Notes: generated by a model from the letters alone, not told the origin. Counted from the whole stretch's first letter, positions 1 to 13,217 are shown. The stretch is 61,708 bases of DNA, filler included, from Chiloscyllium plagiosum (GCF_004010195.1; 5 parts of one record of this genome joined end to end with filler, not necessarily neighbours in it), one strand, 5' to 3'. A program made the numbers and translations.

Positions 1-1764
1 CTTACTAGTTTAAATCCTCCCAAGCAGCTCTAGCAAATCTCCCTGCCAGTATATTAGTCCCCTTCCAATTTAGGTGCAATCCGTCCTTCTTGTACAGGTC
101 ACTTCTACCCCAAAAGAGATTCCAATGATCCAAAATCTGAATCCTTATCCCATACACCAGCTCCTCAGCCATGCATTCATCTGCTCTATCCTCCTACTTC
201 TGCCCTCACTAGCTCGTAGCACTGGGAGTAATCCAGATATTACTACCCTTGAGGACCTCCTTTTTAAATTTCTGCCTAACTCTCTGTAATCTCCCTTCAG
301 AATCTCAACCTTTTCCCTTCCAATGTCGTTGGTTCCAATGTGGACACTGACCTGCTGCTGGCCCCTCTCCCCCGTGAGAACATTCTGCAGCTCTCTGAGA
401 CATCCTTGATCCTGGCACCAGGGAAACAACACACCATTCTGCTTTTTCTCTGCTTGTCTGTACCTCTGACTACAATTGATCTCTTGGAAGCCGACATACC
501 CCTTGTTGCATTAGAGCCAATCTCAACACCAGAAACTTGGCTGTTCGTGCTACGTTCCCCTGAGAATCCATCACCCCCTACATTTTCCAAAACAGCATAC
601 CTGTTTGAAATGGGTATATCCACAAAAGACTCCTGCACTAGCTGCCTACCTCTCTATCCCTTCCTGGAGTTAACCCATCTATGTGACTGTATCTGAGACT
701 TTCCCCCCTTCCTATAACTGCCATCCATCACATACTGTTAACTGTTGCAAATCCCTCATCGCTTCTATCTGTCTCTCCAACCGATCTACTCGATCTGATA
801 AGATTCGCATCCAACAGCATTTATGGCAGATATAATCCGCAGTAACCCTTAAACTCTCTTTAAACTCCCACATCTGACAAGTAGTACATATCACTGCAAA
901 GGCCATTTTTGCTCCTTCACAATCTACAGACCCAGAAAATAACACCGTCTTATTCCTCTACAAACACTGCCCCAGGTTAAATTAATAGCTATGGCTTATA
1001 TTTTTTTTAATAGATATTTTTATTGAAAATTTAACATATTTTTACAAGTTTACAAAATATACAAAAAACCCAAGTATCAACATTGATATACAATTAAATC
1101 TTAAATAAATAATAACCAAAATTTAACAAAAGAAAAAATACCAAGTTAAAAAAACAAAACTTAACTACTAATCTAACCTACAACTAACCAGAGTGTATAA
1201 TTAAGTCTCTTACATTATTCAAATAAGATAAAAAAAAACCCGACGGATAACACAGAAATTGGGTAGTGAGATACATGCTCGGAATGTATTAACATCAAAT
1301 CGTAACAAAACCCGTATTCGTGCGGGATTCCTCTCCCTAAGGGGCCCCAGACCAGCCAGGTTCGCCATCTCAATTAAATAAAAGCCCTTGTTAGGATGGC
1401 CGAAATATCTGTATTTATATAATTCAAGAAGGGCTGCCATATTTTATGGAATAATGCGGTCTTTTGGTGCACCGTATTTGTATGACTTATATTTTAAGTT
1501 TAATCAAGAGACTTATCTCCAAAAACATATAATAAAGAAAGAACCCACTGTACTCACTAATACAGCCTTTCTCGTGGACAGACTTGAAACAACAATTAAC
1601 TTATCTGATTCTGTGCTGTGAACTTTGCCCAACAGTTCCTCCAAGATTAGTTGTGAATTTCACTGTTTGTTAATTTTCCCAGATGCACTCCGATGTCCAG
1701 CGATACACGAATTCAAACAGCAAAGGCAGTAACTGTGCAGGTTCTCTCTCTCTCTCTCTCTCTC
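1..1764 (-). mobile_element. CR1-clade LINE 5' part: 5' UTR and frameshifted ORF1 (zinc finger/leucine zipper plus SGNH esterase); interrupted by L1 at 1005-1480
   Basis: CTTCQMWE...YICHKCCWMRILSDRVDRLERQI (zinc finger/leucine zipper); MVCCFPGARIKDVSE, HIGTND, VVISGLLPV and NAWLRSWC (esterase of CR1 ORF1p). Confidence 0.88.
1005..1480 (-). mobile_element. 5'-truncated L1 3' end nested in the CR1 5' UTR
   Basis: T-run at the left end; minus strand encodes ...LFHKIWQPFLNYINTDISAILTRAFI*, like a fish L1 ORF2 C-terminus. TSD tatggcttatatttt (990-1004) / tatgacttatatttt (1481-1495). Confidence 0.8.
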
Positions 1765-1950
1765 GTGGTGGAGGCTGGTACAATTACAATATTTAGAAGA
1801 CATCTGGGTGTGTATATGAATAGGAAAGGTTTAGAGAGATATGGGCCAAGTGTTGCCAAATGTGACTAGATTAATTTAGGGTATCTGGTCAGCATGGATG
1901 AGATGGACAGAAGGGTCAGTTTCTGTGCTGTACAATTGGTCTGACTCTAT
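1765..1950 (+). mobile_element. CR1/HER1-type LINE 3' end
   Basis: gtggtggaggctggtacaattaca...catctgg...tgaataggaa...gactctat tail, shared with the copies at 13722 and 17575. Confidence 0.8.
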
Positions 1951-1974
1951 AACTAGGCTCCTGCCACACTGCGA

Positions 1975-2085
1975 GACCAGTTAGCTCAGTTGGCTGGATA
2001 GCTGTGATACAGAGTGATGCCAACAGTGAAGGTTCAATTCCTATACTGATGGAGGTCACCACAAATGACCTGCCTTCTCAACCTT
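1975..2085 (+). mobile_element. Decayed tRNA-headed SINE; related copy at ~4790-4975
   Basis: A-box-like tagctcagttgg and B-box-like ggttcaattcc; no acceptor-stem closure. Confidence 0.5.
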
Positions 2086-2634
2086 GCAAAGATGCCACAG
2101 AATTACATCTTAACATAAAAACAGGGAATTAGGCCCCCTAGCAATCCATGATAGTGTTTATGCTCCACCTACGCATCTACTACCATTTTAAACTCATCAC
2201 TAAGTTGTCTCTCTCCCTCTCTAATGAGGGAGTGGCACTATTGTGACTCTACTTACCAAGCTATAACTAAAAATATTCAACTTAATTTCCATTATATTAC
2301 AGGCAAAGGCATTTCTGAATTGCCTACTGGTTTTCATGGTGACTATTGTATGCTGGTGATCACTAACTTCACTTTTTCTCACAAGTTGGAGGGATGTAGG
2401 CCAAGCGCAGGCCGGTGGGACTAGTTTAGTTTGGGATTATGGTTGGCATGGAGTGGTTGGATTGAAGGGTCTGTTTCTATGCTGCATGACTCTATGACTA
2501 TGACTCTATCAGTGAAAATATGTTCTCTATCAAAACCCCCTTCATTTTAAAGACTTTATTCAATCATCTCTCAGCCTTATCCTTACAAGAGAAAAGAGCA
2601 CCCAGTCTGTTTAACTTCAGTTAACAAATAAACC

Positions 2635-2748
2635 ATGATGTGGAGGTGCCTGGGGTGGACAAAGTCAGAAGGCACACGATAACAGGTTATAGTCTAACAG
2701 GTTCACTTGAAATTACAGTCTTTCTGAATGCTGCTCCTTTGTCAGGCA
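2635..2748 (-). mobile_element. PLE family 2 terminal repeat fragment
   Basis: gatgtggaggtgcc...ggtggacaaagt...caggttatagtc, homologous to 25810-25930 and 26970-27090; HHR core decayed. Confidence 0.65.
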
Positions 2749-3309
2749 AACCACATAGTTTTGGTATCATCCTTGAACTTTAAACTCGAGTGTGTTGACA
2801 CTATGGAGACCAACACATAGCAGTCCAAGTTCCATCTGAACAAAGTTCAATACAATTTGAATTGATGTGAATTAGGTTTATTGTCACATATTCGCATGAG
2901 TACAGTGAAAAGTTTACAAATTGCTATTTGCATTGCCATGTTAGGTACAAAGGTGCCAAGAGATTCTTGGGTACAAATTCTTAGGGAAAAAAAAAGAAAT
3001 AAAATGTTCAACATTACAGACCTTCAATAGGATAAAATCATAGTAATAAATTAGAAAAATAAAGAAATAAAAAATTCAGAATAACAATCCTTCCAGGATA
3101 ATATAACATAATAAAAAACACAATACCTAGGGAGATCAGTAATTTTAAACATGAGATTTGAATTCCCAGTGACCAACTCAAAGGAATTGCAAGATTTCAG
3201 TTTAACTGTAACAAATGAACTGAATGCGACATCAATGAAGCAAGATCCTGGAACTCGTTTCAAATGGGTGTATCGACACCGGGTGGACTGCAAATGTTCA
3301 AGAAGGAAT

Positions 3310-3437
3310 GATGGGCTGAAAACAGGCCCTTTGGTCCAACTCATCCATGCTGACCAGATATCCGAAATCAATCTAGTCCCATTTGCCAGCATTTGGCCCA
3401 TATCTCTCTAAACCCTTCCTATTCACATACACATCCA
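3310..3437 (-). mobile_element. CR1 3' tail fragment
   Basis: Reverse complement of the common CR1 tail (cccatttgccagcatttggcccatatc). Confidence 0.7.
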
Positions 3438-3660
3438 AGCCTGCATCTGCTTCTACATCTTATGGTCTTAAAGCAGCTCACCACCAATTTCTGAAGAACA
3501 ATGAAGGATGGGCAAGCATGGCTGGCCCAGCTAGGAACACCATCACACTAAGTCATGTGATTTCTGTAGATTGATGTAATATATTGTCAGCAGTATCTAG
3601 GTACAGTGAAAAGTGGATAATGTCACCACATTTTGGTGCCATCTTGGATTACAGAATAAA

Positions 3661-3933
3661 TTAGATTACATTACAGTGGTGAAACAGGCCCTTCGGCCCA
3701 ACAGGTCCACACCGACCCGCCGAAGCGCAACCCACCCATACCCCTACATTTATCCCTTACCTAACTCTACGGGCAATTTAGCATGGCCAATTCACCTGAC
3801 CTGCACATCTTTGGATTATGGGAGGAAACCGGAGCACCCAGAGGAAACCCATGCAGACACGGGGAGAATGTACAAACTCCACACAGTCAGTCGCCTGAGG
3901 CGGGAATTGAACTCGGGTCTCTGGCACTGTGAG
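3661..3933 (-). mobile_element. HE1-type V-SINE (head truncated)
   Basis: Reverse complement of the V-domain (gggaggaaaccggagcacccagaggaaacccatgcagacacggggagaatg) plus LINE-derived tail. Confidence 0.88.
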
Positions 3934-5332
3934 ATACTGAATAATTACTGTACAAATGGTAAAACACTGAATAAATTAACATCAAGCAGATGTTGTTAAA
4001 ACTGAAACAGCTTCAAGAATTCATCTTTCCCGCTCCGTTCACTTCCCCCTCTCTCCTCCTCCAGCCGCCACTGACTGACATTGTCCTCTGGGTCCTGGCA
4101 ATGTACACCTTTCCCACTGCCACTGGCACAGTTCGCTTCTGTACCCGCTGTGTCTGAGCTGAAACTGGTCGGGCTGTGGAGTCACACACCTCCTCCGACA
4201 TTGGACATTGACCGACGGAATCCTGGCTCGTCTCCTGATGCCGCCACCCGAGAAGAAGCGGGGATGAAGTTACACGGGGCCCCGGCCTCCTGCAGGAGAC
4301 CATCAGGAGGAGGCCCCAGAGGAACCAAAACCAAAATAAAACATTACCGAGCCTGGAAAGACAACTTGGAAGCCGTGCGGGTGCGGCAGAACCTGCAACA
4401 TGAGCCATGAGCTACCAAACCCCATGCCCGGGAGCCAAACTGTGAATGAACAAAAAAAATTGGTTATCTTAGTTCTCTAAACTGCCAAAACGTTAACCTT
4501 TACAAGTGTTTTAGGACATTTTCTCACAATGGGAAGGGCTCCAGCCTTTGAGCTAGATGTCATAAGTTCAAGTTGCACTCCAGGCATTCATCAAGTTGCA
4601 TTCATTGTAGTGCCAATAGGTTATTTATCAGCCTGTACATTCTTCCACTATGTGCCACTGGCAGACAGTAAGAGCGGGAGAGATCTCTGATCAGCCACAT
4701 TTTAGAAAGAAATTGAGCCTCCTCCTTCACTGCTTATAGTTCCAGGCACAACAGTATTATAAAAATGGATTTTGCAATTTGGATTGCTTGGGCATGTAGT
4801 TCGCTCAGTTGGTCAGATAGCTGGAGTGGATCAGACATGTACCAACAGTTTCTGGTTCAGTCCCCACCCCAGCTGGTCCATTCCCCATTAAGGACCTGAC
4901 TGTTTGCTCTCATTACATTGGAGGTCAGGTGGCTGTAGGTTGGACCTGCCTTTGAGTGGATTACTCAAGGAGAAAGAAAATTATAATGCTTCAGTGTGAC
5001 CAACCTAATATCCATTGCAGCATATGGGTCTACAGGATTACAGTCTTCGCTAGAGACAGAAGTTCCAATTAGTTCATGTCTCCTGCTTCCAATTTTGAGA
5101 GACCTTTGAAAGGTGCCTCCTTTAATTGTAGGAGAATTTCCAAAGGAGCCAGCAGCAGTAAGATTGATTTTGAGTGATTCCTCTTCCTGGAGTTTCCAGA
5201 GTTTTTAGATCATGATGGGATCCCACTCTTTAACAAAAAACCATCCTCCCATGTACATTTTTCTCAGTAGCTGGCAGAGACCTCATAGCCCTTGTCTCTC
5301 TGCTGACCACATCAGTTGCAGCCTCTCTGAGG

Positions 5333-5854
5333 TAAAAACAATGACTGCAGATGCTGGAAACCAGATTCTGGATTAGTGGTGCTGGAAGAGCACAGCAGTT
5401 CAGGCAGCATCCGAGGAGCAGTAAAATCAACATTTCGGGCAAAAGCCCTTCATCAGGAATAAAGGCAGTGAGCCTGAAGGGTGGAGAGATAAACTAGAAG
5501 AGGGTGGGGGTGGGGAGAAAGTAGCATAGAGTACAATAGGTGAATGGGGGAAGGGATGAAGGTGATAGGTCAGCCCAACATTTCAACTCCCCCTCCCACT
5601 CTGCCGAGGACATGGAGATCCTGGGCCTCCTTCACCTCCTCCCTGACCTATCACCTTCATCCCCTTCCCCCATCCACCTATTGTACTCTATGCTACTTTC
5701 TCCCCACCCCCACCCTCCTCTAGCTTATCTCTCCACGCTTCAGGCTCACTGCCTTTATTCCTGATGAAGGGCTTTTGCCCGAAACGTCGATTTTGCTGAA
5801 GCTCCTTGGATGCTGCCTGAACTGCTGTGCTCTTCCAGCACCACTAATCCAGAA
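5333..5854. mobile_element. PLE family 1 (Neptune-like) non-coding inverted-repeat insertion with two outward-facing HHR motifs
   Basis: ~210-bp inverted arms around a short spacer; perfect 16-bp TSD tgcagcctctctgagg at 5317-5332 and 5855-5870. Confidence 0.85.
5757..5793 (+). ncRNA. Minimal type I hammerhead ribozyme motif
   Basis: AUUC-CUGAUGA-A-GGGC(UUUU)GCCC-GAAA-CGUC^GAUU: intact core, helix II and a palindromic ACGU helix III; predicted cleavage after 5788. Confidence 0.75.
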
Positions 5855-6914
5855 TGCAGCCTCTCTGAGGCCTCCCAACCCCCCTCTCTCTCTTATTTTC
5901 TGTTGAACATCTTGGAAACCGAGAGTCAGTCCAGAGTTAATCCAGCTGTTCTTGCCTTCAACTGTCAACATTTTGCACCTTACTTCCATGAGTTGCAATC
6001 TGGGCTCTTCTGTTCCCCTGGTAAACCGTCTCCCCCCACCCCCAGGCTTACTGCCAAACAGAATTTGAAGCAGACCGCTTTTGCACTCTTTACTTTTCCA
6101 GATCACCTTGAAATAGAGAGATAGTCCAAAAACATAATCATCTTATAAAACCCCACATAGGTTTTGCATAACTCCGCTCTTTTTTAAGTCCACCCCTCTA
6201 AAAACAAACTCTGCTGCTTGATTTGTTTGTGGTTTCATGGCCTCATTAACCTGGACCATTAGTATTAATGATTTGTATATTTGTACTCCCAAATCCCCTC
6301 TGCTTCATGAACCCATTTAGATTCTTACATAGCAATACAAACATTTACAATCTGCTTTTATGTCCTTGCCAGTCTCCTCACATATTCCCTTTTCTCATAC
6401 ACTTTTGTTTTCTTTGTCCTCCTTTGTGGAATTCTAAAGTATTTCAGCCTTCACTCTTAACATGGTTACATTACAAGCCTGTCTTTGACCCATATTATCT
6501 TTAACTCCGTTTCTCCATCACAGTTTAACCACATATTCTGTTTGTGACTTAAAGGCCTGTATAGTTACTTCAAATCATGTACTAATTCTTTGTTTGGCAG
6601 CCATTGTTTGTCTTTCATTGTATCTTTTCATGTAATTACCCAACCCACCTTCATTAGCTCACCCCCTGTACCTTTGTACATTGCTTTGTTTAGGTTCAAG
6701 CCTAGATTGAACTTAACTAAATCAGTTCTAACTCCATATAAAGTTCTGTCATGTTGTGCCATGACCCTTTCATATTGCACAACACTGGATCCAAAGTAAT
6801 CTCTTCCTGTAGTGATTGGAACCAGCTGGATCTTGTTGACTATGAGATCCTTGTTTGGGGTCGTTAACCTGGGCCAGTCAGGAAAGCTTTCGCTGACCAA
6901 TATGACCAGGAGAT

Positions 6915-9035
6915 GCCTGGACAGAATTTCACATTGGCCCCAAGGTCACGTACCTCTTGCGGGAGCCTGTGCCCCACAACCTGAGCCACCTCCAGAATTT
7001 TAGTTTTGTCCCCTCCAGGGAGGTAAAATGGCCGCCCCCCTTAAGAGAACAACAGACTCCCCTTCCTACATCGCAGTAGAATGAAAAGCCAATGGATAGC
7101 TGCAGACCAGCGTCTACAAGAAAGCCACACACACACACACTGACCAGATACTCCACTACAGGAGCAATCATTCCACCACCCTCAAACGGAGCTGCATCAG
7201 GACATTATTAAAATGGCCCACAACACACTGCAGCACCCAGAAACTACGAGCAGCTGAAGAAAAACAGCATGTTCAAGAACAATGGGTACCTGATAACCAC
7301 AGTCCGCTGATTCTTAAAAGAACAAACCCAAACCAGAAGACACAACATGCCCAGAAACTCTAGCCCCTCTGCTGTACATCAAAGACATCTCAGAGATGAC
7401 GACCCCATGGTATCATGGTAGCCCACAAACCCACCAACACACTGAAACAGCTCCTGGTAAACCTAAAGGACCCTATACCAACAACCAGCAAAACGAATGT
7501 CATACACAAAATATCCTGCAAGGAGTGTAACAAACACTACATCAGACAGACAGGCAGGAAACTAGCCACCAGGATATGAGCATCAACTAGCCACCAAAAG
7601 ACATAACCCACTATCACTAGTATCCTTACACACAGACAAAGAGGGACATCACTTCGACTGGGCCAACACATCCATCCTGGGACAGGCTAAACAGAGACAC
7701 GCACGGGAATTCCTAGAGGCCTGGCATTCAAACCGGAACTCCATAAATAAACAGATCGATTTGGACCCCATTTACCAACTTCTGAGAAAAAGAACCAGAA
7801 ATGATATCACCCACCACAACAGACCAAGACACCCAAATAGAAAGCAGGACAGAACACCAATGCTTTAACCAGAAGCTCACTGACGATGTTACCCAGCATG
7901 GTGACAAAATGTCTGAGAACAAACCTAGCAGCTCAGCAAGCAAACCTATAACCTGACCCACAACCTGAGCTACTAACCTTCTCCAAAAAACAAATGGATG
8001 ATGATTTTGTGGCAGAGTTTGGCTCTTGCACTATGGTTTTTAGTGCTTGCGCTTTATTTTTGCATATGTTTTCACTGTTTTGTGTTTGGACTGAGTCTCT
8101 GTGAGTCAGCTGCACACTTACAAATGGACTGTGTCACTGTGAGTGGGCCTGGGCTTCTGTGGGTAGAGAGTCAACACCCTGTGTGTGTGCAGTGAAGTGT
8201 GAATTCACTGCCTTCGGGAGTGGACTTTGCTTTGGTAATGGACTCAGCCTTTTTGACAGTCGCTTGTTTCACCTGCACTGCATCTTGCATGTCCCTGGGT
8301 GTGGTAGGCCTTCCTCGGGAGCCGGATGGTGGGTAGGTTGCTCTGAAAGCTGAAAAGTTCATAGGTTGGACTGAACACCGAGAGCCGCAAGGCCATCCCG
8401 GGGAGATGTGTGGACAGTCTGTCCTAGAGGTGGCCAGAAGGTGCATCATGGTGGACCGAGAGCTGGATGGTGCGTCGGGGCAGGTCAGAGCCGAAAGGTA
8501 TGTAGAGGTTTCCCAAGAGCCGGTAGGTGGGTCGGAGTACTGTCATCCCTGGACATACTGGGACAGGCTGTCTTACAGGTGGCCAGAAGGTGCATAGGAG
8601 CAGGCAGAAGGTGGAAGATGGGTGGGCCGTCCTGATCGCCACTGTCCTGGGGTGGTATGGGGATGGGCTGTCCTATAGGTGGCTGGAAGGTGTATAGGGT
8701 CGGACCGAGAGCTAGAGGGGTATTGGGTGGGCTGCCTTTGAATGGCCGTAAGGAGGGATAGACGAGCTGTTGGCTGGTTTACCAGGGGTGTCTGTATTAT
8801 GCATTGTTTTCTTATTCGGTTGATTGGATTTGTCTTGTATGTATTTCTGTCTACTGCTTTCTCCTCGGTGAATTGTCGGATTTGGGCTTGGTCCACCTGT
8901 AAATTGGTTGTACAGTGAGGCTGAGGTCTGGTTTTACTATCCCCATTTCCCTGTGAATTGTTGTTTATTTTTAGCTGGTGACTGTTTTGTATTTTTGGAC
9001 AGTTTTAATCTAAGATGATATAACCAGAAAAAATA
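6915..9035 (+). mobile_element. Probable 5'-truncated Tx1-clade non-LTR element inserted in the 5' LTR, itself disrupted by a PLE
   Basis: 6915-7040 encodes AWTEFHIGPKVTYLLREPVPHNLSHLQNFSFVP, which resembles late ORF2 of shark Tx1 elements (from memory). 7990-9035 is a T/G-rich UTR-like tract ending in an A-run. TSD tatgaccaggagat (6901-6914) / tataagcaggagat (9036-9049). Confidence 0.6.
7043..7985 (+). mobile_element. PLE family 3 (Poseidon/Penelope-like): RT C-terminus, GIY-YIG endonuclease and terminal repeat
   Basis: SVYKKATHTDQILHY, NVIHKISCKECNKHYIRQTGRKLATRI, HHFDWANTSILGQAKQRHAREFLEAWHS; decayed HHR at ~7876-7916. Homologous to 48790-49622. Confidence 0.85.
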
Positions 9036-9249
9036 TATAAGCAGGAGATTTAGAATCTGCTCAGTTCAAGGGACTGACTGTGAGTTGGCTGGCTCTGAGC
9101 CCATTTATTGTGCACAGGTAAATAAATGGTGACTTGGTGATGGGATACTGGCCTCAGTTATTTCAGTAACAACAAGAGTGGGAAAACCGTATGTGCCTGA
9201 AGAACATTCGCTTGCAACAGTCACCTTGGATTTGGGGTAAGTTTTTCTG

Positions 9250-12200
9250 AAATCACTCCTTTGTTTGGGAAGCTTGACTTGTTTGACCCTGCTGTTGAAG
9301 GCTGGGCCCAGTATGTGGAAAGAATGTGATATATGTTTTCCAGGAAAATCACATTGGGGCAGATGAAAAGCAATGAGTAACCCTTCTAACTACGTGCTGA
9401 CCTACAGTGTTTTCTGTTGTAAGCAGCTTAGCTTTCCCAGAGGCACCCAACACTAAAACTTTCCAAGAGTTGACTGAGTTAGTTAAGGAATATTACGACC
9501 TCATACCTCCTCCAATTCTGAGACGCTATTGGTTTTATTCAGCTGTTGGAGAACTGGGGTAATCGTATCGGGAATTTTGACGAGGTTACAGTGTTTGGCA
9601 GAGGCATGTGATTTTTTTGTTTACCCTGAATGAGATGCTAAGAGACTGTTTGGTATGTGGGATAATGATACAGCAACGCAGAAGTGCCTACTAGCTGAAG
9701 CCCAACTGGAATTCGAACAGGCACGGCAAATGGCTTTGTTGCTAGAAAATGCAGCAAGTGGAACACGGGAGTTACAGGGCTTCCCAATGGAAGTGGATAC
9801 CCTCACCTGCCCAACTGAGCTTGGGGAATACCACTTGAGTGTAGGCAATAGCAGAGCCTCACACTGGGCATGTCCTGAGCAGAGAGACCTTTGGCTAGTC
9901 CACAGCAGAACCCCAACAATAAACCCAGCCTCGGCCAAGTGGCTAAAAAGCTCTTCAGGATCTGAGACAGCAAGCCATCACAATTAGATTAGATTCCCCA
10001 CAGTATGGAAACAGGCCCTTCGGCCCAACAAGTCCACACCGACCCTCCAAAGAGTAACCCACCCAGACTCATTTCCCCCTGACTAATGCACCTAACACCT
10101 ATGGGCAATTTAGCATGGCCAATTCATCTTTTGGATTGTGGGAGGAAACTGGAGCACCTGGAGGAAACCCACGCAGACACGGGGAAAATGTGCAAACTCC
10201 ACACAGACAGTCAACAAAGGCGGGAATTGAATACAGGTCCCTGGCGCTGTGAGGCATCAGTGCTAACCACTGAGCCATCATGCCACCTTCATTTCAACAA
10301 TCCCTCATTGAAGACAATTTGAAGAAAAAGTGTTAGTACTTTTAAAAACAGATTCTTACCAGTAATTGCTGTCAAGATGCAGACTCGCGACAGCAAAGGT
10401 ATCCTACAAAGCCTGACTTGCGTAATAAAACTTGTAGGCTGATACCCAGGAGATTACATACCCTGGAAAGTCACCCTACGTGTGGTTGGAACAATTAAGT
10501 TGTTTAGCAACATTCAAATCAGAACCAATGAAAATGAATGTTTGGTTAAATGGTCAATCCCATGGAGGTTGAGACTGGTGCAGCTGTATCTGTGGTTGCA
10601 GAATCCATTTTTAATAAGATTTGCTCAGGATTCCAACACTTAACTTGTGCAAGACCTCAGCCAGACTGAGAACATACACTTGGGAAGCTTTGTAAAATAA
10701 TGGTACGACTTTGGTTCTGGTCTCCTGTGAAAAGCAGTTGGTACAGTTACCTCTGATGATAGTAAAAGGCTTGGGCCCAAGCCTATTGGGGCAGAATTGG
10801 TTGAGATAGATTCACCTGGATTGGCTCAACATTTTTCAATTAGAAAATTGCCTCCCCAGTGACATCCTAGTGAAATACCCAAAAGTTTTTCAAGAAGGGC
10901 TTGGGACTACCAAAGAGGTCAAGGACACTTTGCATGTTGACCAGGAAGCATTTTCGCGATTTTGCAAGGTCCACTTTGTGGCATTTGCCTTGCGGGCAAA
11001 AGTCGAGGCGGAAACCAGGAGGTTGGAGAGCAAAGGAATCAACAATCCAGTACAGTTTGCACCAGTTGTACCGATTGTGAAGCCTGATGGCTCATTTCAG
11101 GCCTTTTGTGGGGACTTTAAGCAGATGGTAAACTGTTTCTCACAGCTAGATAAATACCCGATCCTTCATATAGAGGACTTGTACGCAATGTTGGTGGGGG
11201 GGATGTCCTTCATGATGTTGGATGTAAGCCACACCTACCTGCAATTGCGATTGGATGAGGAGTCCCAGAAGTATGTTACAATTAATACCCTTAATGGTTT
11301 ATGTACAAGATTACCAGATGGCGTATCATCAGCCTGCACCCTTTTCCAGTGGTACATGGAGAGCATTTCACTAGGGCTACCCTGGGTTGCCATTTATCAG
11401 GATGATGTACTGATGTCCAGATAGAGAAGGAAGGTTTGGCGGTCATCTTTGGCATGAGAAAGTTCCACCAGTACCTTTACAGACAGGGATTTATCATAGT
11501 CACAGATCACAAATCCCCTGCTAGGGCTACTGAATAAAGACAAGGTGGTGTCACCCATAGCTTCTGGTAGAATTCAGTGTTGGGCCCTTATTTTCAGTGT
11601 GTGCAAGTTGGCAAACCATCCAAGAAGCCAAGTGGCTAATACGGATGCCTTGAGCCACCTCCCACTGGCAGATACTCCACCAATGGTCCTCCCCTGGAAG
11701 AGTCCCCTTTTGGTTTTGAATTTCCTGGACACCTTTCCAGTCACTACGGAAAATATCCGACTGTGGGCACAGAATGATCCTGCCCTGGTGAAACTAAAAC
11801 AGCTGGTGGGAATGGGGGAAACAGAAGGGCCATGGCAACCAGGACTGAAACCTTTCAGGACCTGGAGAGACCAGATCATCATAAAGGACAGCATATTACA
11901 GTGGGGATTGAGGGTGATTTTCCAGAGTAAAGGTCGCTGCCAGACACTGGCTAAACCCCACCAGGGTCATCCAGGAGTTTCCAAGATAAAGGTGCTGGCA
12001 AGAAGCTGGTGGCCAAGGTTAGATGCCTATGTAGTTGTGTTGGTGGGGCAGTGCCCAAAGTGCCAACAGGACAAAAATTGCCATGAGCAGCGCCCTCACA
12101 TTTGTGGGGATGGCAGGGACTCGTTTGCATGTTGACTATGCCAGTCCTTTCATGGGCTTAATGTCCCTGGTCATTGTGGATGCCCGTTCAAAGTGGTTGG

Positions 12201-12570
12201 ATGTACGTAAAGTCCATTCGGTAAACACAGGGATGAAATTGAGAAGCTGTGAGCTTCATTTGCAATATTCAGTCTCCTGGAAGTATTTGGTTACAGACAA
12301 TGGGACGTCATTTACCAGCAGGGAATTTGAATATTTCCTAAGATCAAATGGCATTCGGCACATAAGGACAGCTCTGTACCATCCATCGTCCAACGCTGTA
12401 GTAAAAAGAGCAGACCAAATGTTGAACACAGGCTTAAAGAGGCAGCCCATAGCGTTACTCGATGCCAAACTATTCAGGTGCCTGTTTGATTATTGGACCA
12501 CCCCACACAAAACACATAACAGGGATAGCTCCAGCAGGGTTGTTGATGGGGAGAAGACTGCACCAGGTTA
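9250..12570 (+). pseudogene. Gypsy gag-pol remnants with stops, frameshifts and an internal deletion
   Basis: gag PLFGKLDLFDPAVEGWAQYVER; protease-like VETGAAVSVV (~10570); RT APVVPIVKPDG...CGDFK...LDVSHTYLQ...YQDD; RNase H EKEGLAVIFG...FHQYL...TDHK; integrase HQGHPG...CPKCQ, HVDYA, VTDNG, YHPSSNA. Confidence 0.9.
9984..10287 (-). mobile_element. HE1-type V-SINE inside the Gypsy element
   Basis: Full tRNA-like head, V-domain and (tagat)n tail on the reverse strand. Confidence 0.9.
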
Positions 12571-13217
12571 AACCTGATATTCCCAGCACTGGGGGGTGGG
12601 GGTGAAATGGCATCAGGAATGCCAGTGCCACCCACATGCCTCTTCTAAGCGAGAAAGACAATTTAATTCAGGGGATGAAGTTTGGTGCCAGCACCATGGA
12701 AATGGCTCTGTATTGGTATGAGGTGAGGTTGATATGAGTTCAAGTGCTGTTACTTACAAAGTTTGTGTAGGTGATACAGTCCTGAACAAACGCGTGGATC
12801 ACCATAAAGCTGTTACCTGGCAAACAGCGCAGGAGCAAAACAGACCTGGCCTCTCCGAACATCCAGGAGGCCTGTCGGAAACTGTAGGAACCTCCCCCGT
12901 CCATCTAATAGTGAGGAAACCTCAGAGTCCGAGATGGAACCCGCCTCCTTCCCACTACCACTGGAAGAAGAGGAGGAAACTCTCCCAAGAAACTCCAGAT
13001 GCAAGAGGCAGTACACGCTGCCAGTGTCAGGGGAACCAGACCTGGAGTGAAAACTTGGCAAGAAAAGCTACAAGGGAAAGGCCAGGCCTACATCTCTGGA
13101 CTTAGAGAGGGGGAGAGATGTAGTGGTTGGAACCAGCTGGATCTTGTTGACTACAAGGTCTTTGATTGGCCCAGATTAATCAGGAAAGACATGGCTGACC
13201 AGTGTAACCAGGAGATT

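Noticed and set aside
5333..5854. MITE or fold-back DNA transposon interpretation
   Set aside because: Asymmetric arms, variable TSD length across copies (7-16 bp) and identity with the 3' ends of RT/GIY-YIG-coding PLEs indicate a retroelement.
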